DNA of 64,000 nucleotides, filler included, from Asterionella formosa (GCA_002256025.1; 8 parts of 8 records of this genome joined end to end with filler, not necessarily neighbours in it), one strand, 5' to 3'. Counted from the whole stretch's first letter, positions 24,494 to 38,189 are shown. Numbers and translations: made by a program. The notes: generated by a model not told the origin, from the letters alone.

Positions 24494-27401
24494 TTTTATC
24501 GTGTAGATTGTAGGTTCTGTTGGTACAAAGAGGATGTCATGGCTGCACCAGGATTTTTGACCTTCTGAATTCATAAAAACACCAACATTCAACACCAATG
24601 TGAACAATTTATTTTCAACATGGGGACGAACCTTACAACTAGCACCCCCCTTCCAGATTTTCAGCGCTTCATCATTAACAAATCCTTCATCATCCAAGAA
24701 CTCACATATTCTTGTTTGTTGCAACAACAGAAGGTGGAATGATGGCTGCAACATTGAGATCGTAAGCAATCGATGCTTTTAAGGTAATATTTTTTTGCTT
24801 GCTATTTTTGCTATCACATCACCAAGCCAGGGATAACTCATACTGATATGCTGTTGTTTTCAACATTCATTTGACATGTGAACAGGCCTTTTCAGAAAAG
24901 GAGTGTTCTTGTCTGGAAAGCATGAGCAATAGAAGATGAAATGATACAATATGGAGACACGCAATGGAGACCTTTAAGGTGAGCTTAATCTTCAGTTTTT
25001 GTCATCACATCAGCATAGCGATCGATAAATCATGTGGTTCTATTATTGTTGCCTACAATTATTTTTACATTTTAGTCGTCCCTTTCACAACAGGAGCATT
25101 CTTTTGAACGCATCAGTGAGTTGTTGTGCTGCCTGGCTGATACCGGTTTGTTGTTTCAATTCGACTGCCCCAAGAAACAGTTGAATACCACCAAATCTGT
25201 GTGTTGCTTTCTGCTGTTGCTAGTTCTATTAAATGAATTACTGACACACTGTTGTTATGTAAATCTTTGCAGGTTAATGACGAAGTCATTTCAAGGACAA
25301 GAAGGAAGCCAGTGTGATTCATTCCTGTTGCAATTTCTCACCATGATGCCTCTTCAAGAATGAATGATTTGTTCATTTTTTCATTCAGAATGAACGGCTT
25401 CTGTTTGTCTTGCATTGTCCTTACAGACTTCTCATAATGCCTGCCTTCTCAAGACTGAAGATGCCATTCTGAAAGAACTGCTTTGTTTGATGGCATATAG
25501 AGATTTGTTTCCCATGTAATGTGAAATACCGGTAGTTGAATTAGTAATCAACATTATTTGATAGTACTTTTAAATTATGTAAACAAATTTAATACCTCAA
25601 CACGTGAACTTTATTATAGAATTATGTGAACAAAACTATAAGGCAATGTGAACTAAATTACAGAATTAATTGAAGTATTTCAAATAATTACGTGAAGTAT
25701 TTTAAATAATATTGTGAAGGTGATGACGTAATATAGTGATGATCAGGAATGCATGCAGCCATGATACTCTGATCAAATAATTAATGTGATGTATTCAGAA
25801 AATATATAGATATATTCATGTAAGCATTTTGATGTATTCAACTAATTCATGTGATCAATTCAAAATCAACTAGGCTTATTTACGTGATGGTCACTTCACG
25901 TAATACGCGGCTTAGATGCAGCTAAATTATATTCCATATTAAATGAGCAGTTCTACCTCATCAGCTACTGCATACTCTGTGCATGAATTCAGCCATACTA
26001 AGTATAATATATACATGCAATATAGTAGATTGTTCACTTCATCTTACATATGCTATGTTTACCTGTATACAGTAAAATTAGCTATAGTATTATATACGTG
26101 GTAGTACTAGTGGATGTTGAGGTAGCTGCGTTGAAATAATAACGTCACACAATAATCAAATTGCTACTTTAAGCAGCAAACGCACTTTAAGCAAAACGGT
26201 CCTACATTAAGCAAAACCAATGGAAGCAAATGGCAAAATAATCAAAACTGATTGGTCTCAATATTAAGCTAAATCACATTAAATCAAAAAATATATTGGA
26301 TGCATCAAGTCGGCCGGGTTCTTATTAAACAGATATCAAGAAGAGACATGTGTATCAATTTGGAATTGGAACAAGTATTGCTGGTACGAAGTCTTACATG
26401 GAAGTAGATGCAGAAAAATTATCGCAACCTGTTTGTTTGTACCAGTCTCCCCCTTTCCAATAACAGTTGCATCAATCAAATTCAAATTTATCCAGCGGGG
26501 ACATTTTGACTCCAACAAATTTGTCCTGCTTAATTGACTTTTGAGCGGCTTCCTCTGAACTACAGATCCATGCAAATAAAATAAATATAGAACGATAAAC
26601 ATTAGTAACTACATTTTTAAAAACCTTCTTTGGCCTTTTTGGTTTTCACTTTTTGGTATCTCAAGCGATGGTAAATGCTTGCACACACCTTGCTGGTTTT
26701 TTAAAAATCTTGCGAATTTGGCATAGTATGAATTCTTTTGAGAAGCTTTTGTATGCACTCCTTGAAAAGAATGCATGGCTGTAGAGTTCTTGGCTGAAAA
26801 CATTTGCTTGAACTGCCTGCCAAAATCAGTGTCAATTCACAGTCATGCTGATATGATGACTCCTTCAACTGCAAATGTTTAAATATCACTTTCAACTTTG
26901 TTTTATCAACAAGCTGGTTTAAATGCTGGATTTTTTGGCCTTTTGAAATCTCAAGAATGTTGATGGGTGCAGAACTCATGTGAAGAAACACCTGCCCTAT
27001 TCACCATCACATTCATCATTGTTTCCAAATTGAAATTTGCACTGCCCAAATTTAGTCATTCTGGCACATCAAGAGTCTCAATTGATCCAACACCAGTAGC
27101 CATTGACTATGAGTTTGAGTTCACATAAGGACTACTACATCAAATCACTGCCTGTGCACTCTGCCAAAGGAATGGATCATTTCCAAATAACATTTGGTGG
27201 CAAATCACGCCATGATTTCTTTAATTCTTTCTACTTCGATATCTCCACACTACCCATGGTAAAATTCCCTGAGGAGTTATTTCACAAATACAAACAGGTC
27301 AACAAGATGAATCCTGACAAAGCATTGTTCTCATAATCCCTCAAGCATTGTAATGTAGTACTTTATTAACAGGTATTATACATCAAAAATAATAAATGAA
27401 A

Positions 27402-27720
27402 TGAACAAAATAATCAAAAACGTTCAACTCCATCACAAGAGAGACCATTAAAATTATCAAGTGAATTGTTAGAAACAAAATAATCAAAAACGTTCAACTC
27501 CATCACAAGAGAGACCATAAAAAATTATCTGATCATAAAAAAATTATGCAGTGCATTGTTTGAAACAAAATTATCAAAAATGTTCAACTCCATCACAAGA
27601 GAGACCATAAAAAATTATCCAGTGAATTGTTTGAAACAAAATTATCAAGAACGTTCAGCTCCATTACAAGAGAGACCATAAAAAATTATCCAGTGAATTG
27701 CTTGAAACAAAAATATCAAA
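27402..27720. repeat. ~71-bp tandem repeat, 4 units plus a partial unit
   Basis: GAAACAAAATTATCAAAAA(C/T)GTTCAACTCCATCACAAGAGAGACCATAAAAAATTATCCAGTGAATTGTTT, recurring at ~27402, 27472, 27562, 27633 and 27704. Confidence 0.9.
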
Positions 27721-27736
27721 CCAAAATCGCCAGCCC

Positions 27737-29100
27737 TTAAAATGGATTGGCTTCCATGTATTGCATAATTTGATCAAGAAAAGCTCTTTCAGGGTTTGCC
27801 CCTTCATTTCCTTGTTGTGCGGAAGAAAACGAGAGGCTGCTTGCATCATATGCCTCCAACATGGCCAAGTCTATGCTTTGCAGTCGTGATCTACCATCAA
27901 CCGAAAAGTCCATACTTGTCAATCGTGATCGCATTGGTGTGGTAGAATCTATACTTCCCAATCGTGATCTGGATGCAGCTCCCAGCGCATCAACCAACAG
28001 ATCCATGTCTTCTTGATCGGGTTGTTCTTCCGATGCATCAGAGACCATGGCGATGAGGGAATTGTTCGACGCCGGAGCTGCAGCAATGGCATCATGACTG
28101 GTTGGAACAGGATTCAATAAACGCCGTTTTCGCACGACATGATCGCAATCATTCATAGTGGTAAGAGGCTCCAAACTCGCCACCCAACGTTTTGAATCCA
28201 ACAATTCATATCCCACTTGCAAACACAGATTGAAAAAGTGTGTTCGCCATTGCTTAATCATATTAAACTGTAATTCTGAATGCATGGCAGGGTCGGAGAA
28301 CAGTGAATGTAAGAACTGTTCCTGCAGCAGTGTGATTGCCGGGGAACCCGTCCCACCTGCCACAACCGACGACGAAAATGTGTAACTTCTTGTGTTCAAC
28401 TTCGCGTTCTTCATCTTTTTAGTCAATCTAGATGATTTGCACAAGAGCAAATCTCCTAAAAACTCATGGAGCTTCACTCCATGTGGCATGGTGAGAGTCC
28501 CATGATCAAAAGCAGACACGAGAGCGTCGACCAAGGCCACTTCTTCGGAACTCCAACGTCCAGTCCGATGATTGCGCTGATCCGATCGTTTGTGGTGGCT
28601 TCGTGCCTCATCGTGGGTTCGCTTCTTTCCAACATCGACATTAGGAGTCCACGCCTTTAAAGTCATGGGGAAGAGCTCCATACCAGTGACGGTGCCAGAG
28701 CAGCAAATGGGACATTTCAGCGGTTGGCGCACTGGAGTAGGGATGCCTCCGGTGTTTGATACAGAGGAGCAGATCAAGGAGAGTGGAGTGCAGGTCTACA
28801 AGTGATTTAACAAGGAAAGCGTGAGTTCACATACTTCCTCAGCTCATCACGGATGTTTCTCAGAATACCATCTTCACCAGGTAAGTCGCGGATCAAAAAA
28901 GACTCCCTGAGAACCAATCATTTTCGAACGAGTCACGAAAGAACATGAATCTTCGTCACAAATGGTCGGAAGTTTGAAATGAAAGGACAATGGGATTTGG
29001 TGCTTACCGCATGAAGCAAACAACCACATCCTCCAAGCTTAATATCCGGCGACGCCGTATGGCATAGTCCACATATTTCTTGTCTTGAAGGGTTCATCAT
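27737..29100 (-). CDS. RING-like finger plus Myb-like motif protein (exons 29100-29008, 28795-27737), possibly truncated
   Basis: CGLC...GCGCLLHA|TC...CPIC across a phase-0 GT-AG intron. RTGRWSSEEVALVDAL...LLCKSSRLTKKMK resembles a stramenopile Myb-like motif. Confidence 0.65.
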
Positions 29101-30639
29101 GAACGGAATGATCTGATGGAAAGCAACGAAGTAAATCGGAGAACAAACAACGACGATTGACAATATTCCTTTCTATATAAAAGTGATAACAATTCCTTGC
29201 TGCTGTCTTTGCTGATTACTGTACAAATCCTCGTACCAGTACTACATGCAGGTAGGGACGACTCGACAACTGTTGATATACCGCTATTCTGCACAAGCTT
29301 CTTTTTATTGTGTAGAAATCTTGCTTAAGGGAATGACGAGCACAATCGTGCTCGTTTGAATATGTAGAAATCGTCTATCGATGTCGAGAACCATCATTTT
29401 TGTGCTTCTTCTTCTTTCGATATACTATCTTCAGTATGTATATATTATGCCTACTCACATTTAGCCAAAAAGTCGACTACTACATACCTACATACCGGAA
29501 GTCTACCGGTAGTCCCTCCGTCCACTATTACTTGCATCGATTCGCTGGCACCACTACCTGGTACCAGTGTCTTTGCTGTTCACATATGAAGGACTACGTG
29601 GCACATATACCACCTTTCTACGTGAGGATCGGCTTGTTCGAAAAAATGAGGGGAAGATCCTCTCTGTTTTTGGATTAAATTATAAGGATCTAAATAAATA
29701 TGTAAAACGAAACCAATTTAACATAAGTATATATTCAATTGCAAATATGTATTTATCACCAAATGCTGTTTTACATCGGCCGGCCACTCAAATATTTGCA
29801 GGATTCAAGAGATCCGCCATCATTCGTAAATTTCATTGCTGCATCATCAGCATCAAGCAAAAAACAAAAATCGTCGCTGCATATAATCCTAACATGCCTA
29901 CTCCATCTTATCTTCTGGTAGAGTTTTGTTACTACACAGCATCTGTTTGGAGGATAGAGCTTTGGTGGAGCCCTCCTAGTCATAAAAACAAAGATTTTGG
30001 ATGAGAAGTTAAGCCCTTTGCACCTGGTATCAGAGTTCTCACAATCCCGGCGCCTTACATTGCTTGAATTTCTGCTAATGATATGCATGCCTTCTTTCAT
30101 AAACCTCCTGAAAGAGGCGCAGTTTGAACCTTAATGCAACATGAGGATAGATAACAAAGCACGAAGAGGAAATACTCTCGGCAATGGAGACTTGGGTGTT
30201 TCTTTGATCCATCATCATGTTTGGAGGCAGACTGGAGTGGCAATTCGGGATTGCTGTATGGGAAGGAGGCTGTTAGGTGCAAGTAGATACACTTGGGAAA
30301 ATTTGCCTTCTGTTTTATGGGATGTCCAGCCAACCATATCCAGCAATCTTACAATGTCACCATTTGTTAGTATGACAAACTATTCACTCTATATTTCTGT
30401 TGAAATTGAATAAACAAAAAAAGACTTGAAAGTGTAAATCAATGCATCTACTGCTCCTTGATTCACAACAGTAGCTGTATTGCTTGTTTGTATTTATTAG
30501 CAAGAGGAACCATGATGGACCTAAATTTTGTTGCAACAAACCAGCACACAAGTCACCATGATGGTAGTAGTACTAGTAGGGGGGGGGGGTACCACCAACT
30601 GCGGCAGTTCCGCATGCAACATGTTGTGCTTCACATCAG

Positions 30640-31640
30640 ATGCGACTAATGGCAAAGGATAACAAGGAAGTATATACCAAGACTGTAATGAAAGAGTTTT
30701 TCGACTTTGTGTGTTTGGTGGGGAAATCCGGGATACCAGAATCTACAATGGAACCTTCATTACCACGATTTATTGTTTTATCCTCACAAAATCTGAGCTC
30801 CCTGTGGAAATCGCTTGGTGTTGGTGTGTCATCCTCCCATACAAATCATTTCTGTGTATGGTTTACGTGTCACAGAGACTGTAGAGGTATCGGGTGTCTA
30901 GCTAAATGATAACTGATGTAGCAGGTGTATCCGTCGTGGTATACCATGGTGCTTTGACTATGCTGTTGTGGATAGCCAGCATCTCAAAGCATTGCAGGCT
31001 GAGCTTGCCTACCAGCTCTCTTCAACCTTGTACAGCATACAGCACTATGTGAAGTTTGATACCATCAAGCTTGCTTCTAATTTGCGACTAGACGACAACC
31101 AACAGGGAAAGGAAGGCGACCCCTGCTGCTAGTACCATATACTTTCAATCTGAAGGGAAGCCAGCCTCTCTTGTGATCCTACACATGAATTTCCTACGCA
31201 GCGAGCTTGTCATCCGGTATCCTACTCGAAAAGCGGATTTTGCCCTTTGTTACCTACAGGAGTGTCGGGAACAGCACCTACTACCGGTAGTAGAGATAGA
31301 GCTGGAATCTAAAGTTCAACGCATACAAACGGCCTTGTCTCGAGGAGAACGAACAAAAGAAGTTGGACAGATACTAATGGAGCAGGCCATCCTGTGTATA
31401 CTCCATCTAGAGAATCATGTAAGCGAAAAAGTTCTATATGTTCTTTTATAGGCTATACTGACAAGGTATGGTGAAGCTGCTACAGCCAAGCACTTGGATT
31501 GTGTCAACGCCATCATTCAGGTGGTTAAGACACGAGTCCTTGGAACTATTCTTGCATCACCATCACAATGGAAATTTCCATTTGATGACTCTGGTAAAGC
31601 TGTTGACCCAAGAAGAGTGACTAATGCATCCTACTACAAT
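30640..31640 (+). mobile_element. Decayed CMC (Chapaev/Transib-like) transposase fragment
   Basis: SQNLSSLWKSLGVG...FCVWFTC...ILCILHLENHVSEK, broken by stops. Confidence 0.45.
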
Positions 31641-32235
31641 GGTTGGTTGTCGTCAAGGGAGCAAAACTAAACAAATGGAGAAACCGCATAATTGCCACCA
31701 TCAACATCACAGAAACGAAGCCTGATCAACAGTGGATGAGGACGTTGCCTGCCATATCAAAAATCAACGCCTCTATCATCAAATCGAGTCTTGAATTTAC
31801 CTCCCAAGTCGTATGTGGCGGGATGAGCAGGGCATGCCAAAAGCCTAACAACGTCTGCTTGCAAAAGAGGCAGCACTTGCTGTGCGTCCTCTTTTTGGGG
31901 GGCAGGCTTTGTTGTGCCAACTCCAAAATTCCAACCAAACAATCACCATAGACTATTTAGCTCACCAGTAGACACTACTTGAATCCAGTGCTTATGTAAC
32001 CTTGTCACTAGTAGCAAGTGAAGGTACAAACATTTTAACACGTTGCTGGCTTTTCTTGGTTGCCACAACCAAAAAATCATCATCCCCACCATTACGTCGT
32101 CGTTTTTGCTCATCAATCATCCATTTGTGGAAAAGNNNNNNNNNNNNNNNNNNNNNNNNNNNNNNNNNNNNNNNNNNNNTTAATTAATTAANNNNNNNNN
32201 NNNNNNNNNNNNNNNNNNNNNNNNNNNNNNNNNNN

Positions 32236-32688
32236 CGCAGTAAATCAAATCCAGCGATCATCGATACTCTTCTCGTGGAGCAATATCGCCCTCCTATGCG
32301 CCGGACAACATTGGAATTCCCAGCAGGTCTGATTGATAAGGACGAGTCAGTGGAAAATGCTGCATTAAGAGAGTTGCTAGAGGAAACGGGATACGTTGGT
32401 GAAAAGTGTGCCATCCCCCCTCAAGTCTCCCGTCAGGTTTGCATGAGCCCTGGGATGAGCAATGAATCTGTGCACGTTGCCGTGATAGAAGTCGATTTGG
32501 ACAATCCATACAATCATGGCACACCCACTCCTCAACTTGATGCTGGGGAATTTTGCGTTGTCAAGCGAATTCCTCTGGTGGAAGGTCTGAAGCAAATGTT
32601 GGACGACGAATCCAACCCCATGCCAATCATGGGGCTTTACTTGTTTGCCCTTGGCATTGAACTGGGAGCTAGCGCCGGGATGAAATGA
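32236..32688 (+). CDS. Nudix hydrolase (ADP-ribose pyrophosphatase-like), 5'-partial
   Basis: QYRPP..EFPAG and the Nudix box GLIDKDESVENAALRELLEETGY, followed by SPGMSNE. Confidence 0.9.
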   Translation, partial: RSKSNPAIIDTLLVEQYRPPMRRTTLEFPAGLIDKDESVENAALRELLEETGYVGEKCAIPPQVSRQVCMSPGMSNESVHVAVIEVDLDNPYNHGTPTPQLDAGEFCVVKRIPLVEGLKQMLDDESNPMPIMGLYLFALGIELGASAGMK

Positions 32689-33026
32689 GTACTCCGGTAT
32701 AGTCCTTCGAGTATAACTGGAAGTCGCGATCCATTTTTAATCAATGTGCTACAGTTTGAGTTCTCGCTTTCGGTTGGGGCTGGATTTACTGTTCGCTCCT
32801 TTACAGATTTGTCCTCTACCACCTATCGTCGGCAATTGTCGATCTGTATCAGAGAGTTTGGCGTTTCATATTGCACGCCCTACAATTTCCTCTACACAAT
32901 AATATTTGTTAGTTATTATTACCCAAAGGAGGAATTGAACCATGATCCACCCGAGAAAACGACAACCCAGGCAATTTAGCAGCATTCATGTGCAAGTCAT
33001 TACCACACTTAGGAGCTATTGACTTT

Positions 33027-34976
33027 TTATTTCTTCACAACGTAAACTCTTTGCTCTCGCACGCGATTAGCATAATTGACCAGCAACGTTCGTGTTGATA
33101 AACTCATGCCAAGATTTTTCCCCTCTTCGTCGCTGCCTCCGGGAGCTGACAGTCTTTCCTGGATTATTTGAAGATTTTCATTGATGTTGTCGGTTCGAGT
33201 GGATCGAATGGATGCCCCGACATCACGTACAAACGGGTCCATGTCCCACAACTTTGCCTTCAGCACTGCCCGGTGTTCAGACAACGCAATCAGTTGTCCA
33301 CAGGCAAAGGCGTCTAGTTTGCCGCACATTAGTAGCGAGCTTGGCCTATTTCCCTCACAGGAATTATCCGCCTCGGACGAATTTCCTGATTTAACGTGTC
33401 CATAACTCTCGGTTTTAAGTGTCGAGCCTCGGAGGCTATTTTTTCCGTCGACACCGAATGCTAGCTCGTCAGCATGTGCAAACATGGAACACATCAGTGC
33501 ATCCTGGTTCGATGCAATTTCCGCCTCGAGACCACCAAAGCCAGGAGTACGTCTAGCGTTGAATATAGCTTGGATGTCCATTGTCATGACAAGCTCAGAA
33601 GGTATTGCTTTGCTACCTTGATAGACAACTCGGTCACACAAGGAGCTACAAAGCCCACCGTCAGTGGGAATGCCACATGAGGAAACATTACGACGTCCGA
33701 AACCAGGTCTGGAAGTTTTGCCACAAACTTGTGATTCGAGCGTTGTCACGAATGCAGGGAAACCCTCTAAGGATTCGGCATATGGCGAAACAAATCGACC
33801 GGGTGTGTTTAGAAAAGCATCATTCCAAAGGTCAGTCAATGCCAGAAGCAAGGGTATATTGTGGCGGGGATTCGACTCAACAAAATGACAATCCATGTCG
33901 TGAGCCCCTAGAAGTATTTCTTTGACTATCGGCCAACCAAAAACTATCGAGAGGGGCACTAAAGACCCGGCGGAAAAGGTTGTGAATGGCTCACACCGAG
34001 AATGTTCCGGAATAAGAAATACAGATTCCGGCTTACTCGCACCATATAGGCGGTCGTTCCCGGTCACCAATAGCATGTGATGGCTGAAGATGTATTCTGG
34101 TCGTCGATTAGTTTCCATGGCGCGTAACAACCAATTCTTCAAGGTTCGACTGGCTATGCCGCTTTCTTCGTGTCCACTCAGAGCAATACTGACAACCATT
34201 GTGGACTCAGGATCCAAGTCTTTCACAGCGGATGCGGCTGATAGGGGGTCCGCAGATGATAAAAACCTCATTCGTCTGTAGGAACCTGGGCTTGCATTTC
34301 CACTAGAAACAAAGCCTCGTTTTCTTAATAATTCCGATAGACCGTCGCTTGCCGCGCTGAAACCTGCTCGATCGCAAAGCAACGCCTTGTACATGAACTT
34401 CAGTGCTGCCATAGGAACTCCACTTCCCACAACAACTACGTCCTTGATTACACTCCCTGTAACACCCCGTAAGATGCCCCTTCGCATTGAATCTGAAACC
34501 AATTCGATTCGATCCCATTCTTGATGGATTTCCAGAAGTGCATTTGATCCATCTGCTGTCAGCATTTCTAATCCTCTATTGGCTGGTGCCCTTGCGGCCA
34601 AATGCATCGACGGTGATGTGGGTGCCTTCTCTTCAGCTTCCATAAAACGTGTTTGTTTCTCTGCATCTTTTCCCCGGAAGCGTTTGGGTATAATGGGATT
34701 TTGGGCATCATTTTGACCCCAGGCCAGCATTCGGATAAATTTGACTACGCCTCGAGTATCTGCAAGTCTTAAGAGATGATTGAGAGTGTCCAGTGTTATG
34801 CGTTGACGAGAGAGATCTACAAGAAGGATGCGATCTTGGTCTGAATTGAGAACTGCAACCAAAGATGAGACTCTGTCATTATCCCTGCATAGTTCTTGTA
34901 ATCGAAGCGACCCAATATCATCACGAGCATGTCTAGCAAGTATAGCCCACGCTTGCGACGCAGTAGCAGTAGACAT
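33027..34976 (-). CDS. Glucose-6-phosphate isomerase-like protein with degenerate catalytic motifs
   Basis: Long intact ORF with PGI-fold landmarks: LVDLSRQ, HLAARA, GAHDMDCHF, NIPLLLAL, GNRPS, GQLIALSEH. Confidence 0.8.
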   Translation of the reverse strand: MSTATASQAWAILARHARDDIGSLRLQELCRDNDRVSSLVAVLNSDQDRILLVDLSRQRITLDTLNHLLRLADTRGVVKFIRMLAWGQNDAQNPIIPKRFRGKDAEKQTRFMEAEEKAPTSPSMHLAARAPANRGLEMLTADGSNALLEIHQEWDRIELVSDSMRRGILRGVTGSVIKDVVVVGSGVPMAALKFMYKALLCDRAGFSAASDGLSELLRKRGFVSSGNASPGSYRRMRFLSSADPLSAASAVKDLDPESTMVVSIALSGHEESGIASRTLKNWLLRAMETNRRPEYIFSHHMLLVTGNDRLYGASKPESVFLIPEHSRCEPFTTFSAGSLVPLSIVFGWPIVKEILLGAHDMDCHFVESNPRHNIPLLLALTDLWNDAFLNTPGRFVSPYAESLEGFPAFVTTLESQVCGKTSRPGFGRRNVSSCGIPTDGGLCSSLCDRVVYQGSKAIPSELVMTMDIQAIFNARRTPGFGGLEAEIASNQDALMCSMFAHADELAFGVDGKNSLRGSTLKTESYGHVKSGNSSEADNSCEGNRPSSLLMCGKLDAFACGQLIALSEHRAVLKAKLWDMDPFVRDVGASIRSTRTDNINENLQIIQERLSAPGGSDEEGKNLGMSLSTRTLLVNYANRVREQRVYVVKK

Positions 34977-35399
34977 TGTAGCGGTAGCTATGAACCGTGA
35001 CAATGTAACGACAAGCGGAGATATTGTTGATGTAATAGGCCCAGTGATGGTACTGACACTCTTCTTGTGTCGCTAGTTGCTAGTATGCTTCGTGATGCCA
35101 ATGCATAACATGATCGCAGTGCATGACGAGGAAGGATACAATTAATATTATTCACGGTCATACATGTGTTCTGATTGGTCCAATTTTGATCACGGTGAGA
35201 AAATTAGACCAAAACGTAGGTAAATGGCAAAAAAAATGACTGGGAAGCAAAAGGAGGCAAGTCATCCTTACTTGCTTTATTTTCTCCCACTCAAAATTGT
35301 TCTCTTTCTCTGGCTGAAGTGAATCAAAACAACCTACTATCTTACTAATTTACATTATGTTATATTCAGAATCTCATTTATATAGCGCTTTAGCTAAGA

Positions 35400-36060
35400 C
35401 TACTCTATGTTAGTATGGAAGCCTGCATAGCGCTTCCTGGCAGGAACAGCCCAGGCAGAGTTAGAAGATGACGTCGCCCTCCAGAGATCATCCCAACATA
35501 CGTGGTGACTTCCAGTGCTGACACACGGGGAATTGGTAAGTGGGGTACACTCTCTCGAATGAGAGTAAGATCAAAGTGGTGCTGATTGTGCTATGGATCG
35601 GTGTCAGTCTTACACTTTGTCAGTTATAAGCTGATGAAGAAAGAGTTATTTTTTTGCTGTGCTGGTTGTGGCTGATTGGTCCACAGCCACTTGTGGTCTG
35701 CGATTACTCGCGAACTCCCAAGATATGCTGGGAAAATATTGATTCATGGAGGTCTGTCCTCTACTTGGTCAATGGATCGCAAGTAGAAATTCGGCTTTTC
35801 CACCAAGAAGCGTCGTTTTGTACCCACTCTATGGTTCAGTAGATCTTCCAGCTTGTGCTGGAAAAGGTGGGAGTCCATGCCATTGATAAGATGCCTCTTA
35901 GCGTAAATTTTTGTGATGCGAGAATCTATCTCTGATTGTACTATGTTTGCGTTTTGCTGTTTGCGAAGAGCCGAATTCCGTTCTTCCCACGCTGTGGAGG
36001 CGAGGTCCCAAATTTGAAGAATAATTTACAGTTTGATTGGGATTATCATCATACCCTATT
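35400..36060 (-). mobile_element. 5'-truncated non-LTR retrotransposon 3' fragment
   Basis: Minus frame IILQIWDLASTAWEERNSAL resembles the WxxxxxxWxxRN C-terminal motif of LINE ORF2. Confidence 0.45.
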
Positions 36061-37176
36061 GCCCATTATAAACACCACTATTAGATAATATGCATATTAT
36101 ATAGATATAACTTCTTTAGTCTCAGCTGTTGACAAGTGAAGATAGAATAATGGTAAATTATTTTGAAATCAAGTATATGTACCGGAAGCCAAGTATATTT
36201 TGTCGGCATACATGATGATGATTGGTAATTGATTCGGGTGCTATTTATGTACATTTAAAACATTCTGATTGGTCGAGACAATCTTCGTTTGCCCGAAGAA
36301 ATCAAAATACGAAGATTGAGTCAATATCGGGGATGACCCTAAAATTTTTCGGGCGAACCAAGATTAATCATCGTAGCTATTTCGGGGGGATTTGCGAGCT
36401 ATTTGGCCCCATAAGAAAGCAAAATACGAAGATTCTACGCCCAGCAGCTATCCACTTCATTCAATCTTTGTAGGTGAGACGTAAGGCTAAAGCAAAAGAT
36501 GACATAAGTGTAGACGAGTACACTCCTAAGTAAAAGCGGACAATTAGCCCTACATCACATCGAAGTCCTGCAAGGAAGCGGTTGTGACAGTTGAAGAACT
36601 AGTTATCAAATGGCAGGAGAGGGTTTTACAAAAACAGATTCGGCTCGGTTTAGTTATCTCATTGTTTTGTGGATTCAATTTGAATTGGCCATTTGAAGGC
36701 TTCTATGCCGTTCAGCCCAATTTTTTACGATCCCCCATCCACCCAGTCAGAACAGTGCGAACAACTGTATCTGAGTCTTCCGAGTCATTCCTCCTCCGGG
36801 TCACTTGGAACACAAATACCGGTACCTTTTTTTGTTTCCTAATTCTACGAGTACATTATTCCACGTGGTAAGAGTAGTACTAAGCGTTACCTACCATGTT
36901 ATACATGTCTTACCACATTGAAGCAGTTAATGATGACGGAGGCGGGACCAGGGAATCTTGATCCTCGTATTTCGGGCACCGTAATAAGAAACTGCCTCAG
37001 GTGATGATGATGACACTCCCGCACCATCGTCTCCGCCCTTCCTGGTGTTGGCAAAGATGTCCCGCGTACATCATCGTCATTCAACAAACCTTCACATAAA
37101 TTTCTACGAGGTTATGTTTCATTACTCACGTTGAAGGATCATCGTTTCACCGTTGCCATAAACAAAGTAAAAGATC

Positions 37177-38189
37177 ATGTCGTCAATTCTCGACTCATTT
37201 AAGGATGCCGCACCACTTGTTCGCGCCCTTGCTGTGGTCGGGTCTTTGGTTGCCCTCTCTCTTGGTAGCCGAGTGAGTTTTCTTTGCAGGGAGTCACGTT
37301 GATGATCAGCTAAATCCATTTTCCCTTTCAGATTGTAGTCATGTTCGTCGTATGTGTATATTGGAATCTTACTTTTGCTTGATTTGATTATTTCTCGCCT
37401 CTCACATTGTCCGACTTGCAAAAAATCTCCCAAACTTGCAGGCTATCTCCCATCTTTACAAGACCTTCCTTCGTCCTGGAAAGAACCTCAAGAAGCTGGG
37501 CGAATGGGCCGTGGTCACCGGAGCTACGGATGGCATTGGAAAGGCATACGCTCTAGCGTTTGCCAAGAAAGGCATGAACGTCATGTTGATAAGTCGTACT
37601 GAATCCAAGTTGAAGGATGTTTCTGCTGAAATTGAGGGAAAGGGATACAAGGTCCAAGTAAAGTACATTGTCTGTGACTACTCCAAGTTTGACGTGAAGG
37701 CCCGTGGTGTCGTGGAAAGTGCCATTAAAGATTTAGATGTAGGAGTGCTGGTGAATAATGTTGGAGTTAGCTACCGCTACCCTCGTTTCTTTCACGAAAT
37801 CACCGACGACGAAGTTGCTGACTTGATGGAAATGAATGTTAATTCGACGACATGGATGACCCGTTTCGTGATCAACGGAATGGTGGACCGCAAGCGAGGA
37901 GCCATTGTCAATATTTCATCGGGATCTGCCATGTACACATTGCCCCTTCTAGCTGAATACTCTGCTGCGAAGAGCTACATTGAAAAGTTCTCCCGGGCCA
38001 TCAATGCCGAATACAAGGCCAAGGGGGTCACCTGCCAATGCCAAATCCCATTTTATGTTGCTACTAAACTCGCCAAGATGCGCAAGAGTTTGATGGTACC
38101 TACCCCTCAGGGATATGTAAACATGGCGATCAAGTGGATTGGATATCCTGACGCTGTTGTCTCCCCTTTTGTTCTCCATGCACTACAAG
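37177..38189 (+). CDS. KCR: Very-long-chain 3-oxoacyl-CoA reductase / 17beta-HSD12-like SDR, 3'-partial (exons 37177-37272, 37442-gap)
   Basis: N-terminal TM helix, WAVVTGATDGIGKAYA, LVNNVG, YSAAK, PFYVATK. Confidence 0.88.

Noticed and set aside
24500..27340. Coding remnants (e.g. WINLNLID, Ulp1-like)
   Set aside because: The frames are fragmented and no family could be assigned with confidence.
27402..27720. CRISPR-like array (also 19489-19780, 23910-24080)
   Set aside because: Whole units repeat with no unique spacers, there are no cas genes, and the context is eukaryotic.
35340..35450. LINE fragment as the partner of the SINE
   Set aside because: Its 3' region does not show the SINE tail motif GTGCGATTATTGG.
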